DNA of 64,000 bases. Origin: Octopus vulgaris. Lineage: Eukaryota. The DNA lies in contig OX597820.1 in assembly GCA_951406725.2 (NCBI GenBank), forward strand, positions 71,362,001 through 71,426,000, read 5' to 3'. The notes beneath the pieces were generated by a model. The model was not told where the DNA came from. It ran no database searches and worked only from the letters and a program-made list of their open reading frames with translations. The position numbers and the translations under genes are program-made. Below, piece by piece: positions 1 to 13,489 of this stretch (position 1 is its first letter; each line of letters begins with the position of its first letter).

Positions 1-1599
1 TGTTGATATTTATTTATTTTCACACATATACTTGGCGCCTTAATGATTAATTTATCAGTATTTCAATCTCTTTATTGAGATAATCAGGAAAAATGCAAAA
101 ATTCAATCTACATATGTTCAATCTGATATTTTTAACATATATACAGGATATGAAATTGTTATGACGGAAAGATTAAATTTACCACAATTTGATTATTAAC
201 CTGAAATTTTACAGATGTAAACCAAAGAACTGAATAAATGAATATTTTACAGTTTTATAAAAATTCACAATGAAATTATTAAGCATATTAATCAAAAAAA
301 TGAACCTTCTTTATTTGAAGAAAAAATTGCAATATAACAAAGCAGTGTTCCTAACTTATGACTTGTCTTATGATGTGTTATGAGTTTGAATCCCCTTCCA
401 CACTTCTCTGGATAGTAACTTGGCATTTACTGACTTTCTTTAGACTATGATTATAAAAATAAAGACAAATGTGACAATGTAGAACAGAAAGATTATCAAA
501 TTAACCTACATTGATTTATGATGATATAAATCTCTGTTCAAGTCAAAATAATTAAACCATTTGTATGCTTGCAAGAGCATTTATTTAGCAACTATATAGT
601 TTGTCTGTTAAAATCAACAACATATGATATAGTCTTTATAGAGGATTAATGAAAATATGAAAATAAACATAAGGCAAAATGTCAAACATTATAAACTTTT
701 CTTATATATTAATAATGGTTAATAAAAAGGTTTATTTGAGTAAGTTCTGGTGAATTAAGGTTCACTAACAATTTAATTTGTAAATCTATCTAGCAACTGC
801 CATTTCTATGTTCTGTGCAAAAAGTTGTACTAGTAACCTGTTTTATGTTGTTTAACTATGTACATGTAAATGGGTTTGATTATTACACTATGATATTCAA
901 AGAAGAAAGAGTAGAAGTTTTGACGTATTGATGCCTTTTGTGACTGATGAGATTGATGACCAAAGTTTATTGGAAATATGAAGATAAAGAGGGATTATCA
1001 AAAATGTGGAGTAGATGTGGAAAACAAGGTACAGTAAAGATCACAAAAGGAGGAGGAAGAAATATGGGATTTATAGGTCAAAGTTTAGAGATGTAGAAGC
1101 TTTTATGGTAGCAACAAAAGAAGACGGAAGCAACTGTACATCTATGAGCTGTTGGTTGAAGCATGTCAGTAATTCTTATCAGTCCATCGAATTAACTTCT
1201 TTTGAATGCAGTCTAGAATGTTAGTGCATTTGGTTTATAAGGCTTAACAATGAGAAGACCAAATGTGTGATGGCTAAATTCAAATGTCTGAAAGACCAGA
1301 ATGCTAAAAGCTTGAAAGACTGCAAGCTTGGTCTTTTGAAATATTTTTTGGGGAAAAAAAGATCATAAGAAAAACAATTTTTTTTTTACTTAAAAGGAAG
1401 TTGAAAGTGTATTGGAAGGATATGATGCTGCAGGAATAAACAATATAGTTTATTTATCAAATATTTCCATTCTTAAATTCTCTTATTAAATATTTTCATT
1501 CTTTGCTTTTCAATAGAAACGTAAACATACGAAGTAATGAAAAGTTTGAATTTTGATTGTTGAAATTAGGCTTGTGCATTTGTTTATATTCCTTTTCCT

Positions 1600-2180
1600 T
1601 CATTCTTTTATCACAAAATTCCGCCATATCCTTTCCTTTAGGTAATCTGACTTTTTGATCATTTGAATTTGGACATGTCACATTTGTCCTTCTAACATCC
1701 AGCCTTATAATTAGCTTCCAACATTAATGTTCATAGTAGAGGCACTGAGCCTCAAATGTAAGCAGTACTCTAATGTAGGTTTTACTTAAGTGTTATAGAT
1801 GGTCAGCACTGATCAAGGTTGAAGTATATATTGGCTCTAAAAAGGAGTCTTACATTTTAATATGATAGCAATAACAATGTGTCTGTAGTTCACAGGATTG
1901 GAAAGATAGCCCATTTTAGAATAAGATACACTAGCATATTTCTGATGATCAGAATAGACACCTAGAGAGAAAGAAATCAGAGTTCAACAAAGATAGAAAT
2001 TATATCTAGAACACACTGTTTGAGTATGATGGAAAGGATGTCATCAGCACTAGCCAATGGCTAGGTTTGACTAATCAAGGTAATTCATGCACTTGGTGAC
2101 TGTTTGCGTGAAATCATGAAACTGTTAGTGTGAAAAAGGAATGTTTAGCAAGAGTTTTGTTGAGTACATGGTATGTAGGA
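1600..2180 (-). mobile_element. Highly decayed CR1/L2-like LINE fragment
   Basis: Minus strand near 1750-1800 reads IYNT*VKPTLEYC, resembling the LYKxxVRPxLEY motif. Boundaries approximate. Confidence 0.4.
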
Positions 2181-3233
2181 ACAGAGTTGAAATGAGAAGC
2201 AAGGGATTTCATTAAATGAAATTGCATTTAGATAATAATTTTGTCATTGCAATAAAATCAGTCATGATGCCAATAAAATCTTGCCAGTATATTGTATGAC
2301 ATTATCTGTTTATGACAGATTCAATATAAGTGAAGGAGCTGATTGCTATTAGTGTCTGGGATATCTAAGAGGACTGATTGCAGATTAGTTAATATCATAT
2401 TCTGTGCATTGTTATTGTTTAGCTCCAGGTTAATCCCAATGAAGCAAACCTCTTATCAAAGATATTTCAACCCTGACCATACAGTTCATCTTTCAGTACT
2501 GTGTATCTAGGATGACATTATCTGCTGCATTTTCTTTAAGATAGTAAGATGTGGGAGATTTGTCAGTTATTTCTATGAGATCAAGTGACCAAGTAGAAAA
2601 TTTCTCATCTTAGTATGGTTGAGAGAGCTGTTCTATTTCCAGATAGTAACAATTAAGCCAAAGTCAGCAGTAACAAATTAACTAATGTTTTATTGAATGC
2701 TTAATTTTGTACTGCACTTTCAATAGGTAATGTCTCAGATTTTTGTTTTATATTAAAATTTGGTGAATAAAGAACCTTTTAATGACATGAAATCATATGT
2801 TCCCTCAGTTGTTTTCCAGCTGAAGCTGCTAATACTAAGAGTAGTCTGAACTGAACAAGTGAAAAAATTTGTACTCCACTTGTGCTATTTTAGCTATTGA
2901 AGACCTGATGTTTTACCTATACCATGACTTGTTCAGATAACATCTTCAATGCTTATCTCATGAACTAAATGATTTTATCGTAATAAGGAAGATTTCCAGA
3001 GTTTTCAGTGCCTGTGATCAAAATCATTCTACTTGTGACCAACCATCTTATTTCATTTATCTAGAACTACATTATTCAGTGTGCCCCCCTTTTTTTTTTA
3101 AAGATGGCAGACTGTGATTTGAAGGTAATTTGTCTGCTATTTGTGGCAGTGAAGTGATTATGTAAAAGTTCCCTCATTAACTTTAGATTGCTCAGGGCTA
3201 CAGTTTATGAATTGATAGAATGATAATGATTTA

Positions 3234-3533
3234 TACTGGGTGTCCAGAAAATTTTGTCTAATTTTGGTAAAAATAAGTAACTAATCTGTATAATAATAGA
3301 CAAATCATTGACTCAATTTTTATTATTGAAATGGTTGTATTTGTATAATTGGAATGTAAAAAGAACAGACACTCTGTAATTTTAGTTAGTTGTAATTCAA
3401 TTCAAATTGTTCCCCTTCATAAAAAATAATCAATTTTATGTAGAATTGAGCAAAATTAAATGTTTTTTTTTAGCTTTATTGATTAGTTTGTCAGTTTTAC
3501 TAAAATTTGGTGAAACTTTCTGGATAGCCTGAT
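3234..3533. mobile_element. Degenerate Tc1/mariner-type MITE
   Basis: Imperfect terminal inverted repeats: ctgggtgtccagaaaattttgtctaattttggtaaaa and ttttactaaaatttggtgaaactttctggatagcctg. Confidence 0.5.
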
Positions 3534-4474
3534 GCAACATATATATATGTGCCTGTGATATAAAATATATGTACATAATGTTTTATGTAAATATAGTATT
3601 ACATTGTACATTCACATATGTACATTATAGGAAAAGAAAAAAGTAACCATTATGTATTTGATTCAAGAGATGCACAAACAACCAATAAATCATCAGCTTA
3701 TTGTTGCCACAACACAGTGTAACACAAAACAGATTAGTGATCTATTCATGCTTTTAAACTGATATATCATCAAATATCAAGTCTCCACTAGAAGAGTAAC
3801 TTCTATAGAAACTAAAATTATTTTGAGGTAATATGAAATTGTAAACTGGTCATTGCCGGTTTAAAAGAGCCAAGTAAGAAATGAAAGAAGAATGCATATC
3901 AACCCTTGACAATTGTATTTTCTATTATGTAACAATAAGTTAATTGATGAACTAAACTAGTAAATTTTGTATTGAAATGTGAAAATAAAATTTGTCTAAG
4001 TCTCTGCAAGATGGATAGCAGAGTAATAATGTTCATTGAAAAATACCCATTAGATTTTACTTAAAACAATAATAAAACACCTTACAAGTCACTATTGTAA
4101 ACAAACAATTGAAAATTCCAGGAATGATGTATCCTATTCCACTTTGTGTTAACACAAATATATTAAAATCTTTATAACAGTTTAACAAAGTAGAAGTGAT
4201 AATTTTTATTTTACATTCTGATTCATTGATTATATTTGTGTCATTATGATATTTTGGTGTTAAAGTTTTGTGAAATATATCTGATGGCTCTAGATCCTAA
4301 ACAGCAAGGTAATGAATGCATCTCTGTGAAATATTGGGATAAATATTTTGAAATCGTTATTTTTTTTGTGTAAGAATTATATCTCAATACATGAACTCAT
4401 ATCAAATTACTTACAAAATGTGTAAAACAATTTTTCTCAATATTTGCTTATCAAACCAAATTTGCAAAGTCGAT

Positions 4475-4905
4475 TACTGGCACCCATGCTAGTGGAGTGC
4501 TAAGAGCACCATCTGAGTGTGATCGCTGACTGGTTTCCATGCCAGTGGCACGTAAAATGCACCATTCAAACGAGATTGTTACCAGCATTGCCTTACAGGC
4601 ACTTGTGCTGGTGGCACATGAAACACATTCAAGCTAGGTCGTTGCCAGTGTCGCTGGACTGGCTCCTGTGCAGGTGGCATGTAAAAAACACCACTTGAGC
4701 ATGGCTGTTGCCAGTACCACCTGACTGGCCCTTGTGCCAGTGGCATGTAAAAGCACCCACTACACTCACGGAGTGGTTGGCATTAGGAAGGGCATCTAGC
4801 TGTAGAAACTCTGCCAGATCAGATTGGAGCTTGGTGCAGCCATCTGGTTCGCCAGTCCTCAGTCAAATCGTCCAACCCATGCTAAACGATGATAATGATG
4901 ATGAT
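4475..4905 (+). mobile_element. RTE-LINE 3'UTR-related retroposon copy with internal ~60-bp tandem units and (ATG)n tail
   Basis: Highly similar to 35930-36206 and to the reverse complement of 49304-49775 and 52533-52750. Shares its 3' end with the RTE fragments in this window. Confidence 0.8.
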
Positions 4906-4980
4906 TTCCCTTTAGATGTTTTTTCCAATATTTGCTTATATTTCTCCTTACAATTGATTGCAAATACATAATCACAGATG

Positions 4981-5102
4981 AATATGTATATATCAATATG
5001 CTTATATATATACATATAATGTCTAAATATGTATATATCAATATGCTTATATATACATATAATGTCTAAATATGTATATATCAATACGCTTATAATGTCT
5101 AA
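4981..5102. repeat. ~45-bp AT-rich minisatellite, about 2.7 copies
   Basis: Repeated unit aatatgtatatatcaatatgcttatatatatacatataatgtcta. Confidence 0.85.
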
Positions 5103-5375
5103 ACAACAGTTATTGAAATCATTTAGTTACATAATTATAATTACAGGTTACTATATTTAATACGGTGCACTGAAAATAAATTGAAATTATAACTAATATG
5201 GGGAAAAAATTTGTTAGTGTTAAGGAAATTTCTCTCAGAGGGAACAAGAGAAAGATAAAAATCAAATGAAGTTATGTAAGGAAGAAGTAGGGAGAAAGTA
5301 GTCAAATCTTTCGTGGGTATAGTGACAAATTTCTTGGTGAATACAAATTTAAAACTCAATTTACTCATTGACTAA

Positions 5376-5604
5376 AAATCTGTTTGTGTGTCTGTGTTTG
5401 TCCCCCCCAACATCGCTTGACAACCGATGGTGGTGTGTTTACGTCCCCATAACTTAGCTGTTCAACAAAAGAGACTGATAGAATAAGTACTAGGCTTACA
5501 AAGAATAAGTCCTGGGGTCGATTTGCTCGACTAAAGGCGGTACTCCAGCATGGCCACAGTCAAATGACTGAAACAAATAAAAGAGAAAAAAGAAAAAGAG
5601 AAAG
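5376..5604 (+). mobile_element. SINE family A, 3' half
   Basis: Matches the reverse complement of 40922-41120 and 60667-60870. Ends in an A/G-rich tail. Confidence 0.8.
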
Positions 5605-6105
5605 AGGTTGCTTTTCTTGTATCAATATACACAGATTTTGATAAACAAAATGTATCTAGATTATAGGAGGGTTTGTTAGTTGGAATATTACCTTTGAGTT
5701 TTGATTTCTGTAAAAATCTAAATTAGATGTTTTTACTAATTCCAAAAATATGTATAGTATGAGGTAACAAAAAAACCTCATAGTTACTTGTCATGCTAGA
5801 AACAACATCCAAATCTCCCATTACATCTTAGCATCTGAAAAATAAGGAAGAAAATATTGAATAATATAACTTTAGATAAACATTGCCTGAAAAAAATATA
5901 AAACTTCAACAACAATGAAAGACAGGATGGTTACAGCTGGAATGCTTTCAATTTCAAGGCTAATCTATGGCATTACAAAAACAATGTGCATTAATTAATA
6001 TTCATGAGTGTTACCAATAATGAATTTAAAAGATTTACTGAAGATTCACTGAATATATTAAAAGTAGTCAGTGATGGAGGTAATAAGAATTTTATGATAT
6101 ATATA

Positions 6106-6143
<38 letters not shown>

Positions 6144-6190
6144 ATAAAATTTCTAAAAGTTGTAGTTAATAAATTTTGTTTTTATTACAG

Positions 6191-6257
6191 ATCTGTTATT
6201 AAAGTTACTGGCAATTATATACCAGCTTGTTCAAACTGATGCTTACAGAACTAAAAG
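6191..6257 (+). CDS. SPO11: SPO11 internal exon (67 nt, winged-helix/5Y-CAP region)
   Basis: Acceptor tttattacAG|, donor AAG|GTattt. The only open frame reads xLLLKLLAIIYQLVQTDAYRTK(R), which matches the SPO11 segment LILKILSMIYKLVQSNTYATKR recalled from the vertebrate protein. Ends in phase 2, matching the next exon. Confidence 0.93.
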
Positions 6258-6389
6258 GTATTTAACACTTAATATGTTTAACTATGTATGGTGGCTTACT
6301 GATTGCTCTAAGAAACAAATGTTACCATAATTTACTGCAAATGAAGGTCAAGTCTATGTGGCTTTAATATTCATAGTGATATATTCATG

Positions 6390-6600
6390 GTGGAGTGGCA
6401 AAACCAGTAGGGTTACAGATACAGTGCCTTGTAATATTTCAGTGCTTTTACTCTGTGTTTAAATCTTGCCAAGGGATACCTTTGTTTTTTTATCTCCTTA
6501 GGGTTCGTAAAATAAGTACCAGTTATGTATCAGAATTGTTTAATCAGCTATATCCATCACCTAAATTTGTTTATGTCTATATTAGAAATCAATACTTTGA
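6390..6600 (+). mobile_element. SINE family B, decayed copy
   Basis: Similar to 18490-18690 and to the reverse complement of 40424-40639 (aaataagtaccag core). Confidence 0.5.
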
Positions 6601-6785
6601 ATGTAATATACAATTTCAAAGTACATTTTGTAACCAGTTTCTATGATGCCTTGAAATTTTTAAAATGTATGTGATTTGAAGATAGTAAAAATTCTTTTTT
6701 GCCATAACTATTTAATTCCATCTGAAAAGAAACAATATATTTGATATTAGGTCAATGTTTATCGATTTAAATAACAATACATATA

Positions 6786-8412
6786 TCATCATCATCATCA
6801 TCATCATTATTTAACATGTGTTTTCTAGGCTGGCATGGCCTGGATGGTTTGACAAAAGCTGATCAGCTGAAGGGCCGTTCAGGGTCCACATCTGTTTTGG
6901 TATGGTTTCTACAGCTGGATGCCCTTCTTAATGCCAATCACTTTACAGAGTGTACTAGGTGCTTTTACACAGCACCAACACAGGTGCTTTTTATTTGACA
7001 CCAGCACCTACAAGCCCGCTAGACTAGGGATGCTCAGCTGGAGAGGGTTGTAGGGATAAGCCTGTATGCAAGGGCAGTCATGCTTTCACTTAGCTTGATG
7101 TATCTTTTCAAGCACAGCAAACTGCCAAGAATCTCAGTCCTCTGTCATCCCCTCTGTGAGTCGCAATGTCTGTAAATCCTTTCTCGCCAATTTGTCTCAT
7201 GTCTTCTTGGGTCTACCTGTTCTACCTGTCCCCTCTGTAGTTAGAGACTGGCACCTCATAAGGCAACTGTCTTCATTCATACACAGTGTATGGCTATACC
7301 AGTGCAGTCTTCTCTCTTGCACACAACATCTGATGCTATATACACCCAGTTTTTCTCTCAGATTACTCACACTCTGCTGCATATGCATACTAACATTACC
7401 TATCTAGCGAAGCATACTGGCTTCATTTCTTTCAAGTGTTCACATATCTTCAGTGGTCACAGCCCATATCTCACTGCCATGTGGCTTAGCTGTTCATACA
7501 CAGGCATTGCACAGTCTGCTTTTCATCCTGAGGGAGAGGCCCTTCATAACTAATAGAGATAGTAGCTCTCTGAACTTCACCGTATTCTTATTCTAGCAGC
7601 TATGCATTTGGAACAACTACCACCACACTTACTTGGCCGCTTAAGTGATGGAAACTGTCTACTACTTCTAGGAATCCCCCCACCTGGCATATAAAGGAGT
7701 CTATTTTTTGCACATTGCTGGTGTTTAACGTACCTGCACATTTACTACATGTAAAGACTACTTTCTCTTTTAGACATCCAGTGATACCACTGCACCTCTT
7801 ATGCATCCATAGCTTGCACTAGGTACACCTTACAGAGTTTCTTTTCTACATATCAAGCAGGGCCATCTCTCTGAAGGAATCTGTGATTTGTCAATTTTTC
7901 TACTTATCAATATTTTGGTCTTTGCTAAATTAACTCGAAGGCCCTTTGGTTCCAGACCTTGCTGCCATACCTGAAATTTCTTTTCTAGTTCTGGTAATGA
8001 TTCAGCAATAAGAACAAGGTCATCAGCATAGATGAGCTCCCAAGGGCAGCCAGTCTTAAATTCCTCAGTTATAGCTTGGAGAACCATGATAAATAAGAGG
8101 GGACTAGGAACCAAACCATGGTGGACTCTTACTTGTTCACTAAACTCCTTGCTGTACTCATTAGTGACTCACCTTACTAACAGCATCCCTGCACATGGTT
8201 TGTGCAGCTCTTACTAACTGTTCATCTATTCCTAGTTTCTGCATTGCCCACCAGATAAGGGGGCAGGGGACCCTGTTAAAGGCTTTCTCCATGTTGACAA
8301 AAGGCAGAAACAGAGGTCTACTTTTGGCCAAGTATTTATCCTGCAGTTGCCTCACCAGGAAGATAGCATTGGTGGAGCTTCTCCCTAGCACAAATCCAAA
8401 CTGTATCTTATT
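6786..8412 (-). mobile_element. 5'-truncated RTE-clade LINE (RT pseudogene plus 3'UTR)
   Basis: Broken frames with QFGFVLGRSSTNAIF, MEKAFNRVP, SPLLFIMV, ELIYADDLVL, a Cys-rich segment (CLIC...HKRCSG...CSKC) and RRLHWYSH. (CAT)n tail at about 6786-6810. Confidence 0.92.
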
Positions 8413-8719
8413 TATACTAACTGCAACAATAAATAAAATCATGAAAACCTGGCATTACATAATGGTCTTTCCATAGCATCATAGCATCTGTTTATCTATA
8501 ATCTTTCAATGTGAATATTTTTTTTTGAACTGAATAATAATAGAAAGAAAGAAAAATTGAAGAAATAGAACTATATAGACTATGTACAATGTCTTTGCTC
8601 CATCATTGAATATGTTTTAGGAATATTGTATTTGAAATTCACATATCGTCAATTTGAAAAGTTTGTTGTCATTGCACTCATTGTGATTTTTTTATGTTAT
8701 ACTTTTGCATATTGTTATG

Positions 8720-9260
8720 AGTTGGATGAGTCTATATTATGTAAAATCATCACTTCTGATCCTGGGTTATCTCATCAGTGTGACCAGGGATTTCAAGTCA
8801 TCCTCATGTGTCCGTACTCTGACAATCATTTCTTCTGCATTCAGCAGTCAATGTTTCTAAGGTCCAGTCACTATTTCAGCTGACTTGTGCTCTGCCTTTC
8901 ATGCAAGTTAATATTACACATCTTGCTAGCTATATTCAAATTATTTATATATTTGTACAACTTTCACATTTGATGTCCATAGCTTACTACCAGTGTAATC
9001 TTACATTACTTATACAAAGACAGAAAGCCCTGTGTTTAACTTCTCTCACCTCTGTGTTGCCCTAGCTACTATACTTCACAACAACACTCATTACTAACTA
9101 GGTCATCTTCATAACTGAAATGATCTACAAGATCTAGCAATTCTTTGACAAATTCCCAATGCTAATTATGCTCGTGTATTTAAGGCAGTCAGTTAGAGTT
9201 CTCATTGCATCTTGTATACATTAATGCTTTTCATTAAGTCCATTTCCTTATGTAGATGAG
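8720..9260 (-). mobile_element. Old RTE-like LINE fragment
   Basis: Decayed similarity to the C-terminal part of the RTE copy at 7150-7800. Boundaries approximate. Confidence 0.45.
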
Positions 9261-9438
9261 CTTCAAAAGGATATGCATGCAACAGAAATATATCAATATC
9301 TTGCCAAAGTAATAGATTACTAATCAGAACTAGTGGATGTATCATACATGAAGATAGAAGACAAGAAACACTAAAGTGCTTAGATATCTAGCATAGAGAG
9401 AAAAACTTAACATTCATGGAAAATCCTCGCTTGCACCA

Positions 9439-9832
9439 TGTACAGCAATATTTTAAAAGGTTATTTGCATTATCATTCTTAATACACTACACAGGTTCAA
9501 ATGCAAAATATGCTGTTCACTTTTTTGTACATCATAGAAGAATATTTTCCATTTATGACAACAGTGTGCTCATAACACAACTGGCTCTTTATGGTACAGT
9601 ATTCTGGGATACCAGTATTTTGATGTGTTATGTCTTATCAGCCCGAGGCACCCAAGCATCTCAGAATCCCATGTGACAATGAACAGAGTATGTTATGAAC
9701 ACATTGTTGTCATAAAAGCGAGATGTTGTTATTATATGGTGTACACTACAGCCACCACCATATTTTGCATTTGAACCTGCCTGGACTGATCAAGAATGAA
9801 TATGCAAATACTCATTTAATATTCTTGAATAC
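9439..9832. mobile_element. ~390-bp palindromic (fold-back) MITE-like element
   Basis: caggttcaaatgcaaaatatg (9492-9512) is the exact inverse of 9759-9779. Further inverted blocks occur along both arms. Confidence 0.75.
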
Positions 9833-11916
9833 AATAAAAAGAATACTAACTTGTTGCAACGATATGAGATACAGCTAAGCAAACTCATCTGTTCAAGATA
9901 TCATGGCTTTTAAAAGTTTATATGAAAGCTTTTAGAAATTTAGAAATATAAAATACTTGAGTGCTCAAATAGCAGAAACAAGTATTGCTCACATTTTGCC
10001 TTAGTTTGTTAAAGGCTAATGTCCATGGGTTAAGCTACAGGATTATGATGTTTTGCAGTTAATATTCATGTCAGTTATGCACCATGTCCAGATTATTTGA
10101 TTATTTCATTTAAAAAATTGAGAAATCATTTCCAAAATCTTCTTTTATGAACAATTTTTAAATGATCAGATAATTAAAATTAATTTCCATTTTAAGGTGA
10201 TGTCAAACTGGCTGATTATATGAGTTATTTTCTAAGTTATGAATCAATAAATTTCATCTTATAGATGTTGTATGATCCTTGGATATGGCATTTGACTTAG
10301 TATTGTTGTTCTTTTTTTAAAGATATTCTTAGTTGTAAGAACTTCCCTTCTGTCATTTATGCAATCACTGTTCTAGTTTTCATACTATATACTGTATTCA
10401 AGTTGGTTGTGACAATATTATAAATAAATAACATGCACTACAATACTATAAATAAATAACATGCACTACACCTGCCTCTCTCTTCCTCATACACTCCTGC
10501 AGCCTACCCAACTACATGTCATCTCTCTCATGCTTCTCTTGGTTACTGTTTCATCATTTCTATTCTGCTTCTCTCCCCAGCTTTTTCTTCACTGTCAGTC
10601 ATATCCTATTTCTCCCACCTTCCCCAACTCTAGCATTATTGGTCATCCTCACCCCTTGTCCACCTTTCTCTACGTCTACCCTTCAATACTACCCAATCTT
10701 TATATTTGTTGCCCACCTCCAACACCTGTTCCCCCATCTCTTACTCTCCCATTCACTCTTGCAATTTCCACCCACTCACCCAACCACACTCCTGGTCCCT
10801 CTGTCCCACTCACTTCTATTTTCCTTGTACCTTGAAGCTCCATCTAGACACCTCATCCCACTATTTTTATCTCTTTTGAGCTTCACCTGATCACTCTTCT
10901 AAAATGTGAGTTGTACTGTACAGCAAGAAATCTGTTCTGCCCTTGTCCCTCCTTTCATACTTTAACCTATCTCCTAGCATAAAACCATTCTCTCAGAGTT
11001 GATAGTTTTATTAGTTGTGAGCCAACAGTGTTGGTAGCATGAAAACGAAAAAGCATCCAGTACAAACTATAAAGTGTTTGGCACTAGGAAGTGTATCTAG
11101 CCATAGAAACTATGCCCAGATAGACACTGGTACATGATGCACTTCTTGGACCCATCAGATTCTGTCAAACTGTCCAACTAATGCCAGCATGGAACTTGGA
11201 TTCTAACAGATGATGATATATATGTTATCTTTTAGACTGGAGGGAATGTAGTGCATATGTCTATTATAGGAACTCTGAATCTGGTGAGAGGGAAGGAATA
11301 ATATATCAGCAAACCAAAGACATAGCCTGAATGCTTGCAACAGAATGAACCCAAGATGCTAGTGGGTGGTGTTAAACCAGGCAACTGGTTAAATCTACCA
11401 CCCAATCAGCCACAGCGGGATTTGAGCTCACTGTGCAAAGATACAGATCACATATTTGCAAAGCATCTGATATTCTTACACTTCCACCAACCCACTACCT
11501 TTTTTAATGATCCTGGATAGCAAAGTTGACATATTGAGATTTGAAATCAGATTGGAGAGTATTGGAACAAACAGTGCAAAGTACTCTCTCCAATGTTGTA
11601 ATGATCTCCTCTTCACTACCTTATATCAATGTAAATGTGTAGATTCATTTCTGTCTGTATTTTATCACATTTGTGCTCTTCAAAACTTGCTTGCTTTGGC
11701 TGACAGTGTTATCACTTCTGCAGTCAGAAAATTATCCACTCCCTTCATGCTTTCAAAGACATGTGACATAAGAGATCCTTTACATGATAAGCAGGTAATG
11801 GTTAGTGACAGGAAGAGCATCAAGCTGTAAAATAATACCTCAATAATATATACATTTAACCCATATTAACAGAAAAATGAACATAAAATGAATGAAGATT
11901 CAATCAATCAATCAAT

Positions 11917-11956
<40 letters not shown>

Positions 11957-12188
11957 TCAGGAAGGCTAGTTTGTGGTATTACCTTAGATTTCCCATCAAT
12001 AAAGGGTTTAGCTCTATGGCATGTCGTCAGATCCCAAAAACCTGTTGGCCCATGACCTCTTAAAAATATGGAGGGGAAAATGTGGACAGGAAAGCTGAGG
12101 TAATCCTGTAAACTAGCCTTCCCCATTTTTAATATATACTGTTCTACATCTTAGAGTATGCTTCTTTCAGATTTATGTTTTTTACAAA

Positions 12189-12190
<2 letters not shown>

Positions 12191-12260
<70 letters not shown>

Positions 12261-12296
12261 AATAGAGAGTGAAAGAGAGTGAGAGAGAAATGACTT
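12191..12296. repeat. (AT)n(GA)n compound microsatellite
   Basis: Seen directly. Confidence 0.95.
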
Positions 12297-12490
12297 TATA
12301 GCTAGGGTTATAAACCTTGATACAACTTCATGAATATTTTTTTTTCCTAATAGTTTTCATTATTGGGTTTTATCAAATTAAAGTTGTAATTAGACCAAAT
12401 ATACAATTGTATTAATTTATGTATCGGCAAAGAAAAGAAAACGTATGTAATTGAAAATGAGAAATCTACAGGTGGTTAAAATGTTGCTGT

Positions 12491-12492
<2 letters not shown>

Positions 12493-12535
<43 letters not shown>

Positions 12536-12632
12536 ACGCAAGTGTATGCGTATGTGTGTGTGTACTACAACAATATTTTAATCACCTGTAGATCTCCCTT
12601 TTTTATGATGTGTATCATATATATACATATAC

Positions 12633-12684
<52 letters not shown>

Positions 12685-12770
12685 CATATACATATATAAT
12701 ATATATATATATATACATACATACATATACATATAATATATATATATATATACACATACATACACATATA

Positions 12771-12809
<39 letters not shown>

Positions 12810-12885
12810 GTATCTGTGTGTAATTGTATTTATATGAATGCATATACATGTGCGTGTGTGTATTTATGAATGTATGTGTGTGTGC
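12493..12885. repeat. (CA)n and (AT)n/(ATAC)n microsatellite cluster
   Basis: Seen directly. Explains the YI-repeat ORF 12565..13035. Confidence 0.95.
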
Positions 12886-13237
12886 ATTGTGATAGTGGTT
12901 ATTGTTATATAAAAATCCAAATTTTTGTTCAATACAGTTAGTAGTGTATCTTTTGAAAACCAAGTAATGAAAGCAATGGTTATGTTGCAGTCTTATTAGA
13001 TTGTACCAGTGAAGCATATTTAGTGCAGGTGGCAAAACTTCAAAGTATGTATAGAAATAAAATGAAATTTAGATTCACTTATACTCTTAGAGTTTTTTTT
13101 ATATTTTAACTATTCTTGAGAGATATTGTATCTTATGATTGCAAAGATAATCCTAGATAATAAAATTTTCTCAACTCACTATTTTATATATCTTAGACTC
13201 CACAACTGCATGTTTATTTGGCATGTCCCCTGCTTTT

Positions 13238-13277
13238 TTCTCTCTCTATGCATGTGTGTGTGTGTGTATATACATAC

Positions 13278-13339
<62 letters not shown>

Positions 13340-13341
13340 GT

Positions 13342-13372
<31 letters not shown>

Positions 13373-13394
13373 TTGAGAAAGAAAAGGAGAGAGA
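13238..13394. repeat. (CT)(GT)(ATAC)(AT)(GA) compound microsatellite
   Basis: Seen directly. Confidence 0.95.
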
Positions 13395-13489
13395 TACTGA
13401 TTACTTTTGTCTTGCCAACTGCCTTGAATATGTTTTACTGATGAGATTTTATCATCAAAATATGACCATGGCTCTTACTAGTTAGTTTT

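Noticed and set aside
253-337. AG-preceded frame FIKIHNEIIKHINQKNEPSLF, faintly like an N-terminal SPO11 exon
   Set aside because: Runs into TAA with no donor site, and the similarity is too weak in AT-rich DNA.
944-990. CTGATGA...GAAA hammerhead-like words
   Set aside because: No stem I, II or III complementarity and no properly placed cleavage triplet.
4284-4308. ATG...CAAG|GTAATG mini-exon (MALDPKQQ) that is phase-compatible with the 6191 exon
   Set aside because: No recognisable SPO11 homology and such motifs arise by chance. It would need transcript evidence.
4490-4765. Regularly spaced repeats superficially like a CRISPR array
   Set aside because: The units are degenerate, the intervening sequences are related to each other, they belong to a dispersed retroposon, and there are no cas genes in this eukaryotic context.
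10461-10890. Two overlapping 124-aa ORFs in a pyrimidine-rich tract (similar case at 54983-55297)
   Set aside because: Low-complexity C/T-rich sequence lacks stop codons by composition, and there are no protein motifs.
12565-13485. ORFs of 72-156 aa with YI/HT/RE runs
   Set aside because: They are translations of microsatellites.
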